A DNA stretch of 64,000 nt from an uncultured delta proteobacterium (GTDB lineage Bacteria > Desulfobacterota > Zymogenia > Zymogenales > Zymogenaceae), in NCBI GenBank assembly GCA_963792965.1, contig CAWBYW010000010.1:35949-99948 (forward strand). The letters run 5' to 3'. Of this stretch, positions 62,192 to 64,000 are shown in pieces. The position numbers and the translations under genes were made by a program. The notes below the pieces were generated by a model. It had not been told where the DNA came from and did not search any database. It saw nothing but the letters and a program-made list of their open reading frames with translations. Position 1 is the first letter of the stretch. Each line of letters opens with the position of its first letter.

Positions 62192-64000
62192 ATGATACGC
62201 TTTATTGTTAAGAATCCCCTTTTAGTCAACATGATCACGATATTCACGATGGTCCTGGGCGTATTCTTCGCCTCAAGGCTCAACCGGGAGGTCTACCCGT
62301 CCGTGGATTTCGGATTCGTCATCATCACCACCACGTATCCGGGGGCAGCCCCGGAGGTGATCGAAAAGACGATTACCACCCCGATCGAGGCCGCCATCGC
62401 CGGCGTCTCCGGAATCAAGTCCATGGAATCGACAAGCTCCGAAGGCGTCTCGATGATCACCGTGGAAGCCGACAGCTCCATCGAAGGCTATGAGCTTGAC
62501 CAATTCATGGACGACCTGAAAGCCCAGGTGGATACCGTTACGGACCTGCCGGAGGACTCGAAGACTCCAATCTTGACCAAAAGACGGCCCCAGTTTCCGG
62601 TGGCGACCGTTGCGGTTGGCGGCCACGTCCCTGAAGAAACGCTGCGTTCCACCGCCAAGACTCTCCAGGACGAGCTTCAGGTCATCAATGGTGTCGCGAC
62701 GGTGGACCTGACAGGCTATCGGGATCGGGAGGTTCATGTATATGTCGATCCCCTGCGCGTGGAGGCGGCGGGTCTCTCGTTGACGAGTATCGCCGACGCC
62801 ATCAAGAAGCGAAACGTCGACCTCCCCGCCGGAAGTGTAGACGTAGGGCCAAAAGAGATCATGGTGCGCACCACCGGCGAAACGGAGACCGCCGAGGATG
62901 TCGGAAACGTTATCGTCGCGTCCGGAGCCAAGGGGGTCGTTTACGTCCGTGACGTGGCGACGGTCGTCGATTCGTTCGTGAAAGAGACCGTCATCGGGAG
63001 GCTTGACGGGAGCCGTTCAATAAACCTCCGGGTCACGAAGAATGAAGACGGCGATATCATCAAAATCGTCGAGGACATCAAGGCGCTCATCCAAGAAGAA
63101 CAATCGAACATCCCCAAGGGCACCACGCTCAAATTGGTCCAAGACAACTCCAAATACGTCCAACGGCGGCAAAACACCCTCTTGTCCGACGGCATGATGG
63201 GACTTTTCCTGGTGGTCCTCGTCATCTTTCTCTTCCTCGGTTTTCAATACTCCATATGGTCGGCGATGTCCATCCCCGTTTCCTTTCTGGGGACGATGAT
63301 CTACATGTACTTTGCCGGCATCACGATGAACCTGCTGTCCATGTTCGCCTTGATCCTCTCCCTGGGAGAGGTCGCCGACAACGCCATCGTCGTTACCGAG
63401 AACTACTTCCGATATCGGGAGATGGGTTATTCCAACTTCGACGCCTCGACCATCGGCACCAAGGAGGTCGCCATACCGGTTATAGCCTCCAAGGCGACCA
63501 ACATTGCGGCATATATCCCCTTGCTCTTCTTGGGCGGCATTTTCGGTAAATTTCTCAAAGCAATTCCCGAGGTAGTGGTGGTCGCATTTCTCATCTCGGG
63601 GATTCAGGCGTTTCTGATGCTGCCTTCCAACCTCAACCAGTTCGTCAAGACGACCGTCTCCGAGACCAAGGACGATTTCAGGTCATGGTGGCCCCCTGTA
63701 CGGGAGGCCTTCGGGAGACTTCTTGAGGCCACATTGAAACGGCGCTATCTCGTTTTCATCATCATTAACATCATCGCACTGATAACCCTGGTCATCGGTA
63801 TGTTTTCCCTGCATTTCGTTCTCGAGAGGTAAGGGGCTCGAGGAATCGTTTACCGTCTCCGCGGCAAACCCCGTCGATACCAACCTCTCGGAGACGGACC
63901 GGATAATGAAGAAGATCGAGGCGATTGTTGCCGGCATTCCCAAGGATGAAGTCTCGTCGGTAACTACCTCGGTGGGCATGAAATCCGGGCGCCGGTTCGG
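62192..64000 (+). CDS. AcrB/AcrD/AcrF-family RND permease, partial, frameshift near 63825
   Basis: YPGAAPE.IE..IT.PIE, S.SSEG.S, GEVADNAIVVTEN. Confidence 0.88.

Overview
GC-rich bacterial chromosome segment, probably a deltaproteobacterium/Desulfobacterota-like anaerobe (inferred from hemB-ahbD and 6S-ygfA-rny-ymdB-tyrS synteny). 1-38 kb is mostly core or metabolic: glycan-modification genes, pstS-porin-arsC, hydrolases, tyrS, ymdB, rny, ygfA, 6S RNA, ftsY, smc, ahbD, hemB, an ADP-forming acyl-CoA synthetase and a glcD-like oxidoreductase. 38-64 kb is an integration hotspot around three tRNAs: an atypical Arg-UCG, Leu-CAA and Ala-GGC. The main finding is two tandem, decayed islands, one at tRNA-Arg (5.7 kb; tatA-MMPL-tatB-tatC', ykvA-like) and one at tRNA-Leu (11.8 kb; cyclic beta-1,2-glucan synthase, M28 peptidase). 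They target different tRNAs yet share an ungapped ~145-bp end module (IHF site, four 10-bp phased TATACC repeats, tandem GTGACAC sites), the same recombinase C-terminus (REEYTEAFxW*) and a ~160-bp flanking repeat. Further phased-repeat modules, a tRNA-Ala anticodon core, and a two-hairpin repeat bracketing the Tat module suggest layered or cassette-like assembly. Many accessory genes carry indels that cannot be told apart from long-read errors.
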